From NCBI GenBank assembly GCA_964187785.1, contig OZ076409.1:310001-374000 (forward strand): a stretch of 64,000 bases of DNA, written 5' to 3'. Position numbers and translations under genes: made by a program. The stretch comes from Amphiscolops sp. MND2022 (Eukaryota). The notes beneath the pieces are model-generated. The model saw nothing but the letters and a program-made list of their open reading frames with translations. It ran no database searches and was not told where the DNA came from. This document shows, piece by piece, positions 50,601 through 63,425 of this stretch (position 1 is the stretch's first letter; the number at the start of each line of letters is the position of its first letter).

Positions 50601-53600
50601 AGAATGCTTCTGAAGATTCTCATGTAAAAAAACTCATAGAAAAACATGTAGCGCTACATTACAAGAAATTGAAAATCATTCCAGTAAAAAATCTTTCCCC
50701 CAGAGCATCCGCGACAAATGCAAAACGAACATTCTCGCTCGGGAAGATGACGTTCAAGTGGTGGAACGATTTATGAAGCAGCAACAGGTTCTGGCGGATA
50801 TGTCAGAAAAAAACGGCCCCCAACAGTCAGTTGCTGCCAAAATTCAAATTTGCGCTACGTTATTCAACGAAACCAAGAAACTGACAGATGCCAAAGCCCT
50901 TGTGGAGTCAGCCCGCAGAATTCAAATAAGAAAGTCATTGAAGCCCCAATCCATGCTGAATTATCTAGCAACATTCAGCCATTTCGTGGAGTATTGTTTC
51001 ATGTATGAGGATGGAGTATGCTCCCAAAATAATAACCACCACATGATGATAAATGCTGCAATATGGCAGGTACATATTCTTGAAATTTCAAAAGTTCAGT
51101 TCTATACAATCAATACTCATCAGGAAAAAAAATAAATTATAGAAATCTTTTAGTGAGTAGGTCAGGCAATGAAGGAATTGAACCAACTAATTTTTGATGT
51201 TTATCACGCATAAGAGTAATGTTGTCGAATGAAGGAATTGAATCTACTAATTTTTGATGTTTGTCACGCGAAATAGAACCGATTTTGAAAGAGTTTCTGA
51301 ACCAACGCGCAAGAGATGTTATCGAGCGTTCTAAAAACACTAACTAATATTTGACGTTCGTCCCGCTGAAGAGATGTTATTGAATGATGAAACTAAAATT
51401 CATGGAAAAAAAAGTTGGGCAGAAAATTGTTTTGTTTCAGACTAAGAAAGCATTCAGAAGCGCTGCTGCTCGGGACTACAAGAAAGTGGCAAAACAGCTT
51501 AGAGCTTAGGTCCTTAGCACGGAATTGATCAGAGAAAGGATGCGAGGGACACTTGAAATCCTGAATAAAAACTTGAAAGAAAACAGTCTGTCGTACAAAA
51601 CACAGCAGACCCTGAACTTCTTCCTCTTACAAGGCAGACTCAACGTAAGAGCCGGACCAATCCTCACCCTAACTTGGGAAGATTTCAAATGGATTGAGGA
51701 AAACGATGATGCCCCCTTGCAGACCGATAAACATAAGACAGGGTCGTACTATACAGTACACATTCAAATTAAAAAGGACCAGCGGGAGTTCCTGAAACGC
51801 CAGAAAGAAGCTTTTGTGAAAGAGGTGGGAAATCAACCTAAATTCATCTTCGCCTCGCACCAAAATAAAGAAGAGAGGTCCATTTGCCGGTATTTGCGCG
51901 AGGTAATTTTTTACTTGCTTTTATCCACACAGAAGAAAAAATATCATTACTGCTGAATCTTGAATTTCAATCCATTTTTTCCAGGTCTTCTTCACTCTGT
52001 TCAATGACGATCCCAGTGCTGTGCGATTCAATGCAAACTATCAGAAAATATTGGGAACGTCGTTGGAAAGTTATTGGAAAGGACTCTGAGGTAATGAAGG
52101 CGCATTATGCCCAAACTCCGCATTCGGCAAAAACAGCCGAAGATCATTACATTGGACGAGAAGGCAGAGAGTCGGACCGTGCATGCCTTCTTTCAATGTA
52201 CGCAAACGATTTGGCCTTGAGACCAGGAAGAACCTGCAATGGAAGAGCCTGAAGAGGCATCTGACTCAGGTTATTTTCATGTTTTTTTTCCTTTTGCATG
52301 TTTCTAAAATTACAGAAATTACTCAAAAAATGCCCCTTTGCTGAAAGTATATTTACAAAACGTCCCAAAATCAACGTCTCAAATGATTTTTTCCTCTAGA
52401 TTCATCAGATTCTGATATCAGTGAGCCGGATGATCAACCGCTGCTAAAACGCCCCTGCCTGACTGCCCCCGCCCACGCGCCTAAGCCCAGAGTTAACAAC
52501 CCGCGGGACTCCATAAATTCAACACTACATTCAGATCCCCGACGTGACGCATTCACAAAGTCCCTAAAAAGCTTCCGCAGCACCGGTGGAAGAAACGTAT
52601 GGACAGAGCGGGAAAAAGATGCAGTTGCCCTTTTTTTCTAAGTGAAACTGAACCCCGTTTATGGGGATATAAAAGCCCGCTGCGAAGAAGCCGGATATAT
52701 TTTTGCCGAAGACGTCTACATTAGATTATACAACAAAGTGAAAATAGCCACTTTCCTGAGATAGACTTTTGAGATTCCTACACTCTGAGATGAACTTCAA
52801 ATTTTGCAATGCTGACATTAGTTTTATTAAATCTAATTATTCATTCTTCAATATAATGCTTTTCTTTATAGCTAATAGAACAGAAGCAAAAAACAGTAAG
52901 TTTTGAGCCGATTCAAATCCCTAGAGTTGCAAATAGAGTTAGTACATGTAAATCAAATACACTGATTAAATAAGTATAGAAACACTGAAATTTGATTGGC
53001 TGTTATCATTGGTATGTGATCATTAAGTTGCCGCTTTGTTCTCACTTCATTTGAATTGTCAACATCTTGCAAAAGTTCGGTCGGAAATTGGAGTCAGTTT
53101 GTTGAATGATAATTGTCACTAGTTGAACGTCGCTAAAAATTGAATGGACATTGCATCGGTGTTATTGAAGGTTAGTGTATACTCAATACTTTCGTACAAA
53201 ACTCTTGAACAACATCTCTTCAGAGTTGTCAGATGATACGTATAAAATTATATTTTACTGAATCTGAGAACTCTCGAGAAGGAAGTTCCGATTGTTAACT
53301 GGTTGCTGAAGATTGTTTTGTAAGTAGTTGAATATATAACACACAATTCTCACTGAAAAGAGTATTAAAAACAGAAACTATTTTCATTTTTCATTTTCAA
53401 TTTCATTTTTATGTTATCTGCTCTTATGTTATTTGGTACGTAATCGAAATTACGATCTTGTTTTTTTTTCAACTTTAGTGGAAAGTTGTTCAAATTAGAC
53501 TGAATGAATTCATAATGAAATATCACTTTGACTGGACATTTAGATAGGAAATACAGTTAAACAAACTTGTGATCCTATCTCGGTGTCACGGCAATTGGTG

Positions 53601-56600
53601 TTCCGAATTTGAACTTCCGAATAATTCGTCGTAAAATGAGTCGAACCAAATGAAACAAATATGGATTTTTTCCGTTAATTCCCCCCAACAAACAATCACA
53701 AACCTTTTATTCTTTGAAATATTGGTAACAGACTATCAATTTTTGGTGAATTAAAAACTCTAACTGCAATTCAAATCAATCGCTCGAAATGTATACAGTG
53801 GGGGAATTGACAGAAAGCTGTTCTTTCATTTGCAAACCAGTGTATAAAAACGAAGTAATGGAGTATTATAGTTACACATTTGAACCTATTGCACAAAAAT
53901 TTGAAATCAGTGCACGCAGATTGAAAGACGTGTTAAACAAGTGTTAAAAAGACTAACACCAAAAAGTGTGTTTCTGTTTTGGAGTGACTATCATCAAAAA
54001 TTCTGTTTCCGTTCTACGTACTCCTGTAAAAAGTGTGTTTCTGTTTTCGAGTGACTAACATCAAAAATTCTGTTACTGTTTTTGCTTGACTAATGTCAAA
54101 AAGTCTGTTTTTGTTTTCGAGTGACTATCATCAAATTGTCCAATTCTGCTTTTTACCGTGACTAACCTACAAAAGTCTCTATACTTCTATTTTCCAACTT
54201 TTTATCAGAGAAAAATAGAGGGAAATTGAATTGAAATACTATTTTTTGAAAGGAACAAGAACAATAAAGATCCCTAGAATGATGATTCAACGGAACTTAG
54301 ACAAGGTGAAAGAACAAAGCTTGAACTCCCTGCCAAGTTTAAAAAATAAACATCAGCCCACCTCTGGCTTTTATGAAGTGCAAAGCGAATGACGTTTAAT
54401 CAACTGGTCAGTTATTATAGTATATGAAGGATATGAGGTTTATTGAAAACAAGGACACTGTTGCTTTAGGAAACGACCGAATTGCATACCTGAATAGTAT
54501 TTGAGCGTCTTTCTGCAGTTCGGTACTCGAATTTAATGTGAAAATACACAAAATATTGTTCACCAAAATTGTACCAAAAAGGAGTAATTTGGCATTTCTT
54601 GCGTTGGTGGAAAACTTCAGGCAGTATAATTACGGTACTACGTGAAACATTGGGTGTGGTAATTGTCTTGACTGGCTTAATTAACGATGAGACGCGATAA
54701 TAATGCAAAGAACATTAAGGGTGTAGTTTGTACTTCAGATTATCTGACATGGGGTTATTTGGCATTGGGAAAAGGTCCTTAATAACTTGGGATATACGCG
54801 ATCTGTTTCGTTCAAACTTTGTGAAAAGAATTGTTTAAGGGTTTTGGGCTATTCTCCCAAATTTCGTTTTCCTATGACCCGTGGAAGTGGAGATTCAGGC
54901 TCATGCCAAACTACACCCCAAAAAACCCCTCAGCTGGTGGTATTTGGTATGTGCTAAAATACAACTGTGGGGTCATTTGGCACTGTGTTATATTATAATA
55001 ATAATGATAATAATATTAATAATAATAATAATAATAATAAAAATAATAATAATAATTGAATTTATCTGGTGATACATAATTGACATACAAATATCAAATC
55101 AAGTTACAATAAAAATACACCAGAAAAGACTCCCTAAGGGTTTACGCCCGCTGGAAGGGAGCCTTAGCGAATTAAAAACAACAGTGTATGATTAACATGA
55201 TTAATCATACTGACTAAACCTGTAGTCAAATGAGAAAACTCTCAGACAACAATGAAAAAAAAACGAGACGGAAGAAAAGTATCGGAAAGAGAACAGAAAA
55301 ATACCTTCAGTACTTGACATTTGCTTCATCGGCAGTGGACGAGCTAAGCCCTAGTATCTAAAGCGATTCAACTCCCAACCAACTAAAACGTAGTTATTTC
55401 GGGATAAACGTCAAAAAAAGGTGAAAAGACCCGAACTCAGAGATCATTTTGGTGAAATTTGCCGATGCAACCGCCCTCTACTTACAGCGGAATGTGCCAT
55501 GTAAACCTCAGAGAGGCTTACATAGAGGACATGGACCGTCTAACTGAGACCATGCAGGGGGAAGCATCGGAATTTAGTGGAATACTCATGGGTTAACCCA
55601 TGAATATTCCACTAATGCATTCTTTTCCAAAAATGAGAAAGCTACAATAAATGTAAGGTGGAGAAAAATAATAGCACGGTCAATTAAAGCTTTAAAAGAG
55701 GGTAGCCAAGAAGTAAACTGAATAAATGTGAAGGATATTAAAGAAAAATCCTTTGGCTCGTAGGTAGGCAGTTACTTGCTCAAAAAGGTTCCAAGCTCCT
55801 GAGCACAGCAGAGAAGAGGCTTTATTAGAGTCCGCTTTGGGGACTTCATTGCTTGGCTTTCCAGCTTCACATTCACCGTTAGCAGGGGAAGTTTCACTGA
55901 AGTTCATAAACAAACCTGACAAGCTCCGTATTCCCGATTAATAGCTTCCGAGGAACCTATGACACAACACTTTGAGCGCGTCTTCTGAAAAGTTTCCGAG
56001 GTCATCATTTTCCGGTAAAACAGACCAATGCTTAAGTTTGTTATAAAGTTTTAGGGGCACCTATTGAGAGCGACTGTCGATACATTTTATTGTAGGAGAC
56101 AGGTTCGATCGCGAGCTCGAGTTTCTTATTCCTCAAGTAGTAATCGCTTTGGGATACAGGTTTCAGGATGTCGTTAAGGACTTGGACAGGATGACCAGTT
56201 GACAGCGAGGCTACTATGAACTTGAACAGTTCATAGACATGAAATTCATGAACGGTAGGAAGTTCATTTTCTATCATTAGAGAGTCAACGCTTGCAAATT
56301 TCTCAAGGAAAAACATAGTTCGCAAAATTTTCTTTTGTAATGTATATATAGGGCTGAGAATGGAAAAAGACGTACAGCCGTATATCAGAACACCATATTG
56401 GACGAGTGGATTCACATGTAATTTATAGTAAACCAGTAACTGAGATTCGGCCAGAAGATCGCGAGAACGACTAACAGTTGATGGCAAAAGTTCAACTGCT
56501 GTTTGATTTTAGCTACATGATCTTTGAAGCAGATAGAATCGTCAATAATAACACCTAAATACTCCAGATTGTGCTTTATTTCAATCGCCAGTGAGCTCAA

Positions 56601-59600
56601 GTGCAAATCAGATTCTGACAACTTGTTAACGATTATGGCTTTTGATTTGTCCAGGTTGCATTTCAGCTTATTTCATCCAATTGTCGACTTTTGAGAGGGC
56701 TTAACTCAGTGTATCTTGGTTGCCGTTTACTATTTTTTCAAAAATATTTGGGTCGTCTGCAAATGATGTAATATTAGAGTTCGCGACATCAGGTAGGTAG
56801 ATCATTGATGTAGTGGAGAAACAGCAATGTCCAAGAACTGACCCTTGTGGAACACCACAAGCTACACATCGTAAAGATTTATGGTTCTCAATTTGCAGGA
56901 ACTGATAGCGACTCTGTAGGAAGGAAGACAATAGGAAGAAGATAGGGCCCCGGAAACCATATCGATGGAGTTTATCAAATAGGATCTTATGGTCGAGAGT
57001 GTCAAATGCTTTTCTTAAATCAAGGAAAACGCAGACAGAAGGAATTTTCAAAAACTTAGCGTGTCTCACTTCTTCGACCACACAAGCCAGAGCGTCGATG
57101 GTTTTGCGTTTTTTACGAAAACCGAATTGACTATCGTTAAGGATTTGGAATTTATCGATGAATCTCATCACTCTCGTGTAAATTATGCGCTCGATTACTT
57201 TATCGAGAACTGGTAACAAAGAAATTGGGCGGTAATTAGAGAATTTCTTTGCCCTCCTTATAGATGAGAACCACCTTAGCTACTTTTAGGAGATCGGGAA
57301 GCAACCCTGCTGTAAACAGCGATTTATTAGAATGGTCAAAGGTCCAATCAACGAATTTGAACTCATTTTCAAGAGCAAGGAGCTTACACCATCAGGACCG
57401 GATAATGTTTTACCTTTCATTTCATTCAATACGTTCTGGATTTCAAGCCCATCTGTTTGTCGCAGAAACATAGATTGTATATGACAAGGGATGTTTGAGA
57501 TCCGAGTGTTTGATTGAATGGTATCATGGAGAGCTGGACCGATGTTAACGAAAAAGTCATTGAAACTGTCAACGTAGGCCTGGCTCATGATTGTTGGAAA
57601 AATGGGTCTTTGCATTTTATCAATAACTTCATTGAGGTTTCTATGAAAACTGTTGCTGTCATGCGCACATTGTGGGAAAGATGACTGAACGAATTCCTTT
57701 TTTCGGTTTTTGAGGTGCGTTTTAACAATTTCTGTATTGTACAAAGGTGGCGCGTTTAATTTCGTCACTTTTGCTGCGGCAATTCTCAAGATAGAGCTGG
57801 TCACGTTTATTGATAAGTCTTTTGCACTTATTATCTAACCAGGGTTTAGTATTGATCACTATTGTTTTTTTCAGGTGCGACTTTGTCAGCAGCCGTAAAA
57901 ACAATTTGTATCAATTTATTGAAACCATCTTCAAGATTGACCAATTCCCAATTGGTTTGACAACAAAAGTAATTTAGCAGGAAAAGGTATCCGCGTTGTT
58001 GGCATTCAAGGTTCTTGTAATTTCTATACGAACACGTGTTTTTGGAAACATTAATAAAGTCTCAAATTTGGTCCAAACAAAAAAGTGATCAGTTATAGTA
58101 GAATGATAGACTTTTCTCGTTGACACTGATAAATTACTGTAAATATGATCTATGCAAGACTTGGAATCTGTTTGCTGTCTTGTGATATCAGGAGGGCTGC
58201 ATAATTTCAGAGCATGACTCGATATGATATCCAACAATTGGATGGAGTATTTCGTTTGTTTCAGAAGATCTATGTTAAAACCGCCCATGATTATTATATT
58301 CCTGCCATTTTCGCACACTCTTAGGCACTCTTCGGCCAACCATTCTAGATACTTAGGTTCTTTGACTTCCATATGACATCTGTATGTTACGCCAACAAAT
58401 TGTTTAATAGGAGATAAAATTTCAACAAGAAGCCATTCACGAACTGTGTCGTTCAGTGCGACACGATAGCTGAAGTTTTTGTCTAACCATAAAGCTACGC
58501 CGCCTCTTTCACTGAACGAGCGATTACAAGCTATCAATTCATGATAACCTTTGAGATCAAATTTTTTCAGATCACTGCTATCATTAAGCCATGTTTCAGT
58601 TGCACCAATGATACTAGGTTTTATATTCTCATTCGCCAAGAAGGCTTCGAGTTCAACGAAATGGCTGTTTAAGCATCTTACGTTAGCATTCAGGATGTTC
58701 AGTTTACTAAAATGGCTGCCCTCATCATGAAACTTAATGGTCTGATTCATTTGAGGGTAAGAGTTCGTTGTTATTCTGAAAACTACCAGTTGCAATCGGC
58801 GTTTCTTGAGGATTCAGATTGCTTTTATTCACTGGTGATTTGCTGTGAAGATGGTCCAATAACCTATCTAGCTCATTATTGTCTTCACAAGCACGAATTT
58901 TTTCATAAAGTTCTTCGAGACATTGGCGGGTCAATATTTTCCAGAGGTCTTTTTGGCATTCGTTGAACTCCTTTGAACAAAGGGTTGGAGGAGGGTTTTG
59001 GATATTGCGGTCGAACGCCATGGAAGACTTAGACTTTGTAATTACCAAGGATATAGCATAAACCGTCCTGAACGGAATCCACATCGGGCAGTCAAGATGT
59101 AGAGGGCAGTTAAGAGACGCGATGGTGGATTCAATGTACGAAGTGTGGTGGCCACAAATTCACGAACAGTGGCGTCAGCAAAAACTTGCAAAAAATGTCA
59201 ACAAGCCGGTCATAACGTTAAATTGATACAGCAGAGCGGGTTTGCCACTATTAGAAAATCGAAACAAGTAAACGAAGTAGCCTTTTATTTTATGGCATCA
59301 ATCACGGTCAAAGAAAATGGAAAGAAAATGAGGCCAAAGAAAAAAGAAAAGAGCCTGTCCGAAAAAAAATGAAAACGAGAAGCACCACGATTGATGCGGA
59401 TTTACATAAATCAAGCAAGTCCATGTAAAGTACGTACTGACCAAGGTTGCTTCATGAGGAGCGAATTATGTCCAAATTTCGTTTTTTTTTCTATTTGATA
59501 AGTCATTATTTGTTCATAAAATTAGTATTATTACTAAATTAACAATTGAAGATATTCACTTTCACTCAAATAAACCCATGATATATGAAACTGATTCAAG

Positions 59601-62600
59601 TTTTATTTTCGATTGATCTGTAATTTGCGGGGAAATTTTGCATGCACACTTCTACACAGTTCAGACAGGGTTAGAGTTGTTGCGAAGCTCTAAAGGCCCA
59701 AAGTTGCCGTCCATCAAAAAGGGGGTTATAACCACTGCAAGTCCGGTACAAGTAGAACACATAAGCAATCCAGTGCTTCTTAAAATAGTTGGACAGATCA
59801 CGGGCGAATATATATCGAGCAAGTCCAAAGCTCAATTCCAAAAACAAATGTTGGGAGAATGAGACAGATAATCAATTCACGGGTTCTCCTTCTACCTCAA
59901 CGAAGCAGAGAGGTGTCTTCGCAAGAGGACATTCACACACTGATATTGTCGCGAAAACGCTTAAGAGGTTGTGAAAGGCGACTTCTCCCGACAAAAACGC
60001 AGGTGAACGGGTTCGAGCTTTCTGATTGGCACCCTTGAGAAACATGTTTGCGTTCGACCTGTGCACGGCCACGTTGATGCGTTGGTAAAGTTGCAGTGTT
60101 TCTACTGCACGGTCACGCAGGTTGTACGCGCACCGTTCGGAGCGAAATAGAACAGCTTAGGGAAGAGTTCGGTAAAAGACATATAGTTTGGCCAATACAC
60201 TACCATCGTGGAAACGGAAAGGTCGAAAGGCTTAATGAAACCGTGAGAAATACTTGGAGCAAATACTGAAATTTTAGCCACAAAACAACAAATTGTGCCA
60301 TGCGTTCTATGAGAAGACAAATCCATGATCAATGTGACACCAATTATTGTTAAACTGTTTAAAGTGTAAATTAAATAATTAGGATTTCGACCGTACAACG
60401 GACCTGGAGAAACTCGAAGACTTCGAGATTCGATAGCACGATGCTTGTCGTCAGGGACAGACAAAAAATGGCAAATTGGCTGGTCCCCTCAATAAAAGAA
60501 ACGGACGAATCACGGGGGAAACAAAGCACATACAGTTAGTGCCAAAAAACCCACAGCAGCTAGAATATCGAAAAGAGGTAGCGAAGGCGGGAAGGAGCAG
60601 AAGAACATTGACAAGACAACGGGTGAAGCCAGCAAGGGCAAAACAATAGGTCGCCCAAGAAATAAAGGAAGCAGGAAATGCGCAAAATTCATTGCGAAAC
60701 TAGAGTAGGAAGAATGGCTGTGAAAAGTCACCAACGATCATGAAAAATTAAGGCGATACCGAAGAGCTCCTGACAGAGACTGTAGTCCTATCTATATCCT
60801 CGGAGTCCAAAAAAGCCATGATTATGAGGAAAGAAAACACATTAGCATAAACTTTTCTGATTGCAACATCGTAGAACTTAGTCGTATATACTTTCACTGC
60901 CATTACCTAAAACCTATCCTAAAATGTGAATCGTGTTCCACTATTTTTGAATAATATTTCCAACTGTACCTAACGTCGGGGGAATTTGACAATTAAAAGA
61001 GAAGTCTAGAGTGAAAGAACAACCTGTCACTTGAACAAGTTGTTCAACTGAACAATCAGCTGAGTGTGAGCATACTTGTCTGAGCGAATTGAAGTACAGT
61101 TTCGTCTCAAACAATTCTCTCACATACGTCCTGTCCTGTCCTATACCAGGCTATAAATAACAACAGGCTACATTTGTAGTCCATTCACTTACTCAGGTTA
61201 TTGGCGTGAGTGGCGGCGGTGGTGCCGAAAGTGTTGTTGTTGGAGGTGCAATGATTGCTGAACAAGTCGTGGGAGGGTGTCGCCGCACTGAAGGGGTCTG
61301 CTGAAGATGACGTCACACCAGCAGCTGCGGCAGCCGAAGAGAAGGGGTCCACAGTGCTGTTGGTGGTGGTGGAGGGGACGGCCTTGAACAAATCGGGGGC
61401 TGCGAAGGGATCGCTGCTGCTGCCATTGGTGACCGCTTTGGCAGCTGCCCCAAAGGCGTCTCCGAAAGGATCACTCGTCGCCCCCCATTTGGTCTCTGAA
61501 CTTTTTACAGGGCTGTCACTGAAACAACACACTCTCAAATAAATACACACACTCAAACACGCTCAAAACCAACGACAGACACAAATGTTGCAGTTAGTTT
61601 CTGGCATCTGCATACTCGGTAGTAATGACAGCTCTTGCCACATTAGAAGAATTCACGTTGCCCTTCTATCAAAACGAAGCCTCTGTAGAGAAACAAACAT
61701 TGTGAATTGTAAGCAGAAACAATTGTATGTCAGAATTGAATACAATTGGTGAGCAGACAAAAAATGCCTTTCTGTTTATGTCTGTACTGTGACGCGAATT
61801 CAATGTAAAAGGAGAAACAACTTGAGCGCACAGACAGACCCAGCCAAGTTGGCTACTTGGTCACTCGGACACGGCAGGTGAGAGTAGAAAGTAAACTAGG
61901 AGAATCAAGAGGAGAGAATTGAAGTTGGAAGAACATTTACTACAAGGAGGAGGACAGGTGGAAGTTCCATGTCCTGCGCAAAGCTGGCAGGTAGCTGAAA
62001 TGAAACTACTCATAATACTCTCTATACTATCCTCAAACAATGAATGCTCTTCCATCGACGTGGCATGAGCTCGCGAATTTAGTAACAGCTCAGCTAACTT
62101 CCCTGCAACCACTGGGTGAGAAAGAGAAACAAAAGTAGAATTCTATTGGGGGTGGGCTGTTAAAACGGAGCAAAAAGTAGTCGAGGCAACCCCCCACTTG
62201 TCACACTACTTTTAGGAAAAACAAACATGTTGAAATTTCTTGGCAAGCAAGAGAAAAGTTAGGAGTCAGAAATTTGACATGCCACTTTTCAATAACGCTC
62301 AACTTTTAAAACAATCAAATTATGATTTCAAGGTGAAATAAAAGCTCATTTTTTCGATTTTTTCATCATAAATGGCTGCTGGACTATATGATTAGTTGCA
62401 CGCGGAGGTTTGTCAAGGTTGACAATTTGAAGGTCGAATGTGAGTGAGAGAAGTGGAAATTTTCAGGCACTCTTTTGGTATTTTGTTGATTGCTGCCAGT
62501 ATGAAGACAAGCGCTGATGGAATGAGTGAAAACAAAACAAAACAGATGACACTGACAAACCTGGTGCCGCCGCCCCCTGTCTGTGTGGTGGTGGTGTTTG

Positions 62601-62765
62601 ACTCCTCCAGCAGGTGTTTGCAGAGTCCAATGTGGGCGTTGAGCTGGTCCACCCGGCGGAACTTGTCTGCCGTCTCCTTCTCGGCGCCCTCCACCTGCGT
62701 CCTCAGTCTCTCCACCTTGCGCTTCTGCGCCTCCAGCGAGGCCATCACTTGGCTGTGTCTCTCCG
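38685..62765 (-). CDS. ITSN: Intersectin / Dap160-like endocytic scaffold, 3' part; exons 62765-62561, 61518-61193, 49316-49043, 45731-45607, 44226-44033, 43498-43256, 39770-39620, 38863-38685
   Basis: All seven introns are GT..AG with matching phases (2,1,2,1,0,0,1). Coiled-coil AEKETADKFRRVDQLN, DPF-rich linker, then four SH3 domains (ALYDF..GWFPQNY; AAYPF..KDGDWWTG..GIFPCNFV; VKKKLDSGWWEGQIQ|GEKKKGWFPGDYV; AQFAF..KDDPDWWKGE..GLFPSNFV*). EH domains would lie upstream, outside the window. Confidence 0.88.
39950..42850 (-). pseudogene. Decayed non-LTR retrotransposon of RLE type (CRE/R2-like), tentative
   Basis: Minus-strand remnants GTAGPSTLR (~41600-41630), KVDF (~41335) and IKPNVVVQD (~40262-40290, RLE-like) in the expected order; many stops and frameshifts. 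Confidence 0.35.
49950..52764 (+). pseudogene. Second Crypton-like tyrosine-recombinase gene, pseudogenised; exons ~49950-51069, 51441-51902, 51985-52269, 52400-52764
   Basis: CLICRNVVKRMDKHLESH Zn finger; YR motifs NVRAGPILTLTWEDF (R), DKHKTG (K), TIRKYW (R), HSAKTAEDHY (H, Y); terminal WTEREKDAV Myb-like exon. Stops at 50611 and 51507, frameshift near 52037. Confidence 0.75.
53945..54175 (+). repeat. Degenerate ~35/67-bp tandem array with GACTA core, probable subterminal repeat of the second YR element
   Basis: GACTA motifs at 53951, 53986, 54053, 54088, 54123, 54160; gtgtgtttctgtttt..agtgacta..atcaaaaattctgtt occurs twice about 67 bp apart. Confidence 0.7.
54990..59390 (-). mobile_element. 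Near full-length CR1/L2-like LINE, frameshifted, with (ATT)n tail
   Basis: APE endonuclease (NANVRCL, GATETWL, GGFNIDL, CIDHIY, TDH; 57974-58795), RT (FLDLRKAFDT, GVPQGSVLG, FADD; 56701-57219), C-terminal part 56041-56621, 3' UTR, and tail = (AAT)n at 54990-55056 on +. Confidence 0.9.
59690..60420 (+). pseudogene. Decayed retroviral-type (Gypsy) integrase fragment
   Basis: YHRGNGKVERLNETVRN at ~60201-60251 (cf. YHPxxNGxVERxNxT), preceded by VFARGHSHTDIV at ~59914-59950. Confidence 0.5.
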
Positions 62766-63189
62766 CTGCTCAACACAACACAACACAATCCACATCTACA
62801 CATGTAGTACTCAACTAGCCCTCAATACAATACCCCCCATTCACAGTAGTAACTAACAGTACTGTAGTAGCGTTCTAAAATATCGCAACCTCATTGCTTA
62901 AAATAGCAAAACTCAATCCAAATATCTCATGAACTGCCACGGATACAAAATTTGCCAGCTAGGAAAGTTTCTTAGAATTTCACCTAGTTTACACAAATGT
63001 TTGTTTGAAATTTCTACGACACATACTAAACCAGAGCCGCATATGCGGTAAAGGAGTCGGCTTAGGCCTTTTTCCTTCTGACTTGCTCGAATCCCATTCA
63101 TACTATTACGATGTCATTGCACATATAGGACTCTAATATAGTGTAGAATGACTGTAGAACATTTAGTTCGAATCGTATGGAGTTTTTGA

Positions 63190-63425
63190 GAACATCGAAA
63201 AAAGTCCAAAAATGGCTGTTTTTGGCCATTTTAAAGTTAATTTTGCCTATGTTTCGTTTCTCACATCCCAGTCATACGATTTTGCGCAAGCAGGGGCGCC
63301 TTTGGATGTAGAATGACTGCAAAATTTTATGAAAATCGTATGGACAGTTTTTGAGAAATTTGAAATTTTCATTGGAAGATCGAGAGACAAAAATCATTAG
63401 AAAAATTTTTCCGACTCCTAAAAAT
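63190..63425 (+). repeat. Dispersed repeat family copy, related to 36255-36485
   Basis: Same conserved blocks as the copy at 36255-36485. Confidence 0.8.

Noticed and set aside
54881..55072. Poly-Ile membrane-like ORF
   Set aside because: Translation of the (AAT)n LINE tail.
62384..62803. 139-aa alternative-frame ORF
   Set aside because: Overlaps the intersectin coiled-coil exon, whose frame is fixed by splice phase.
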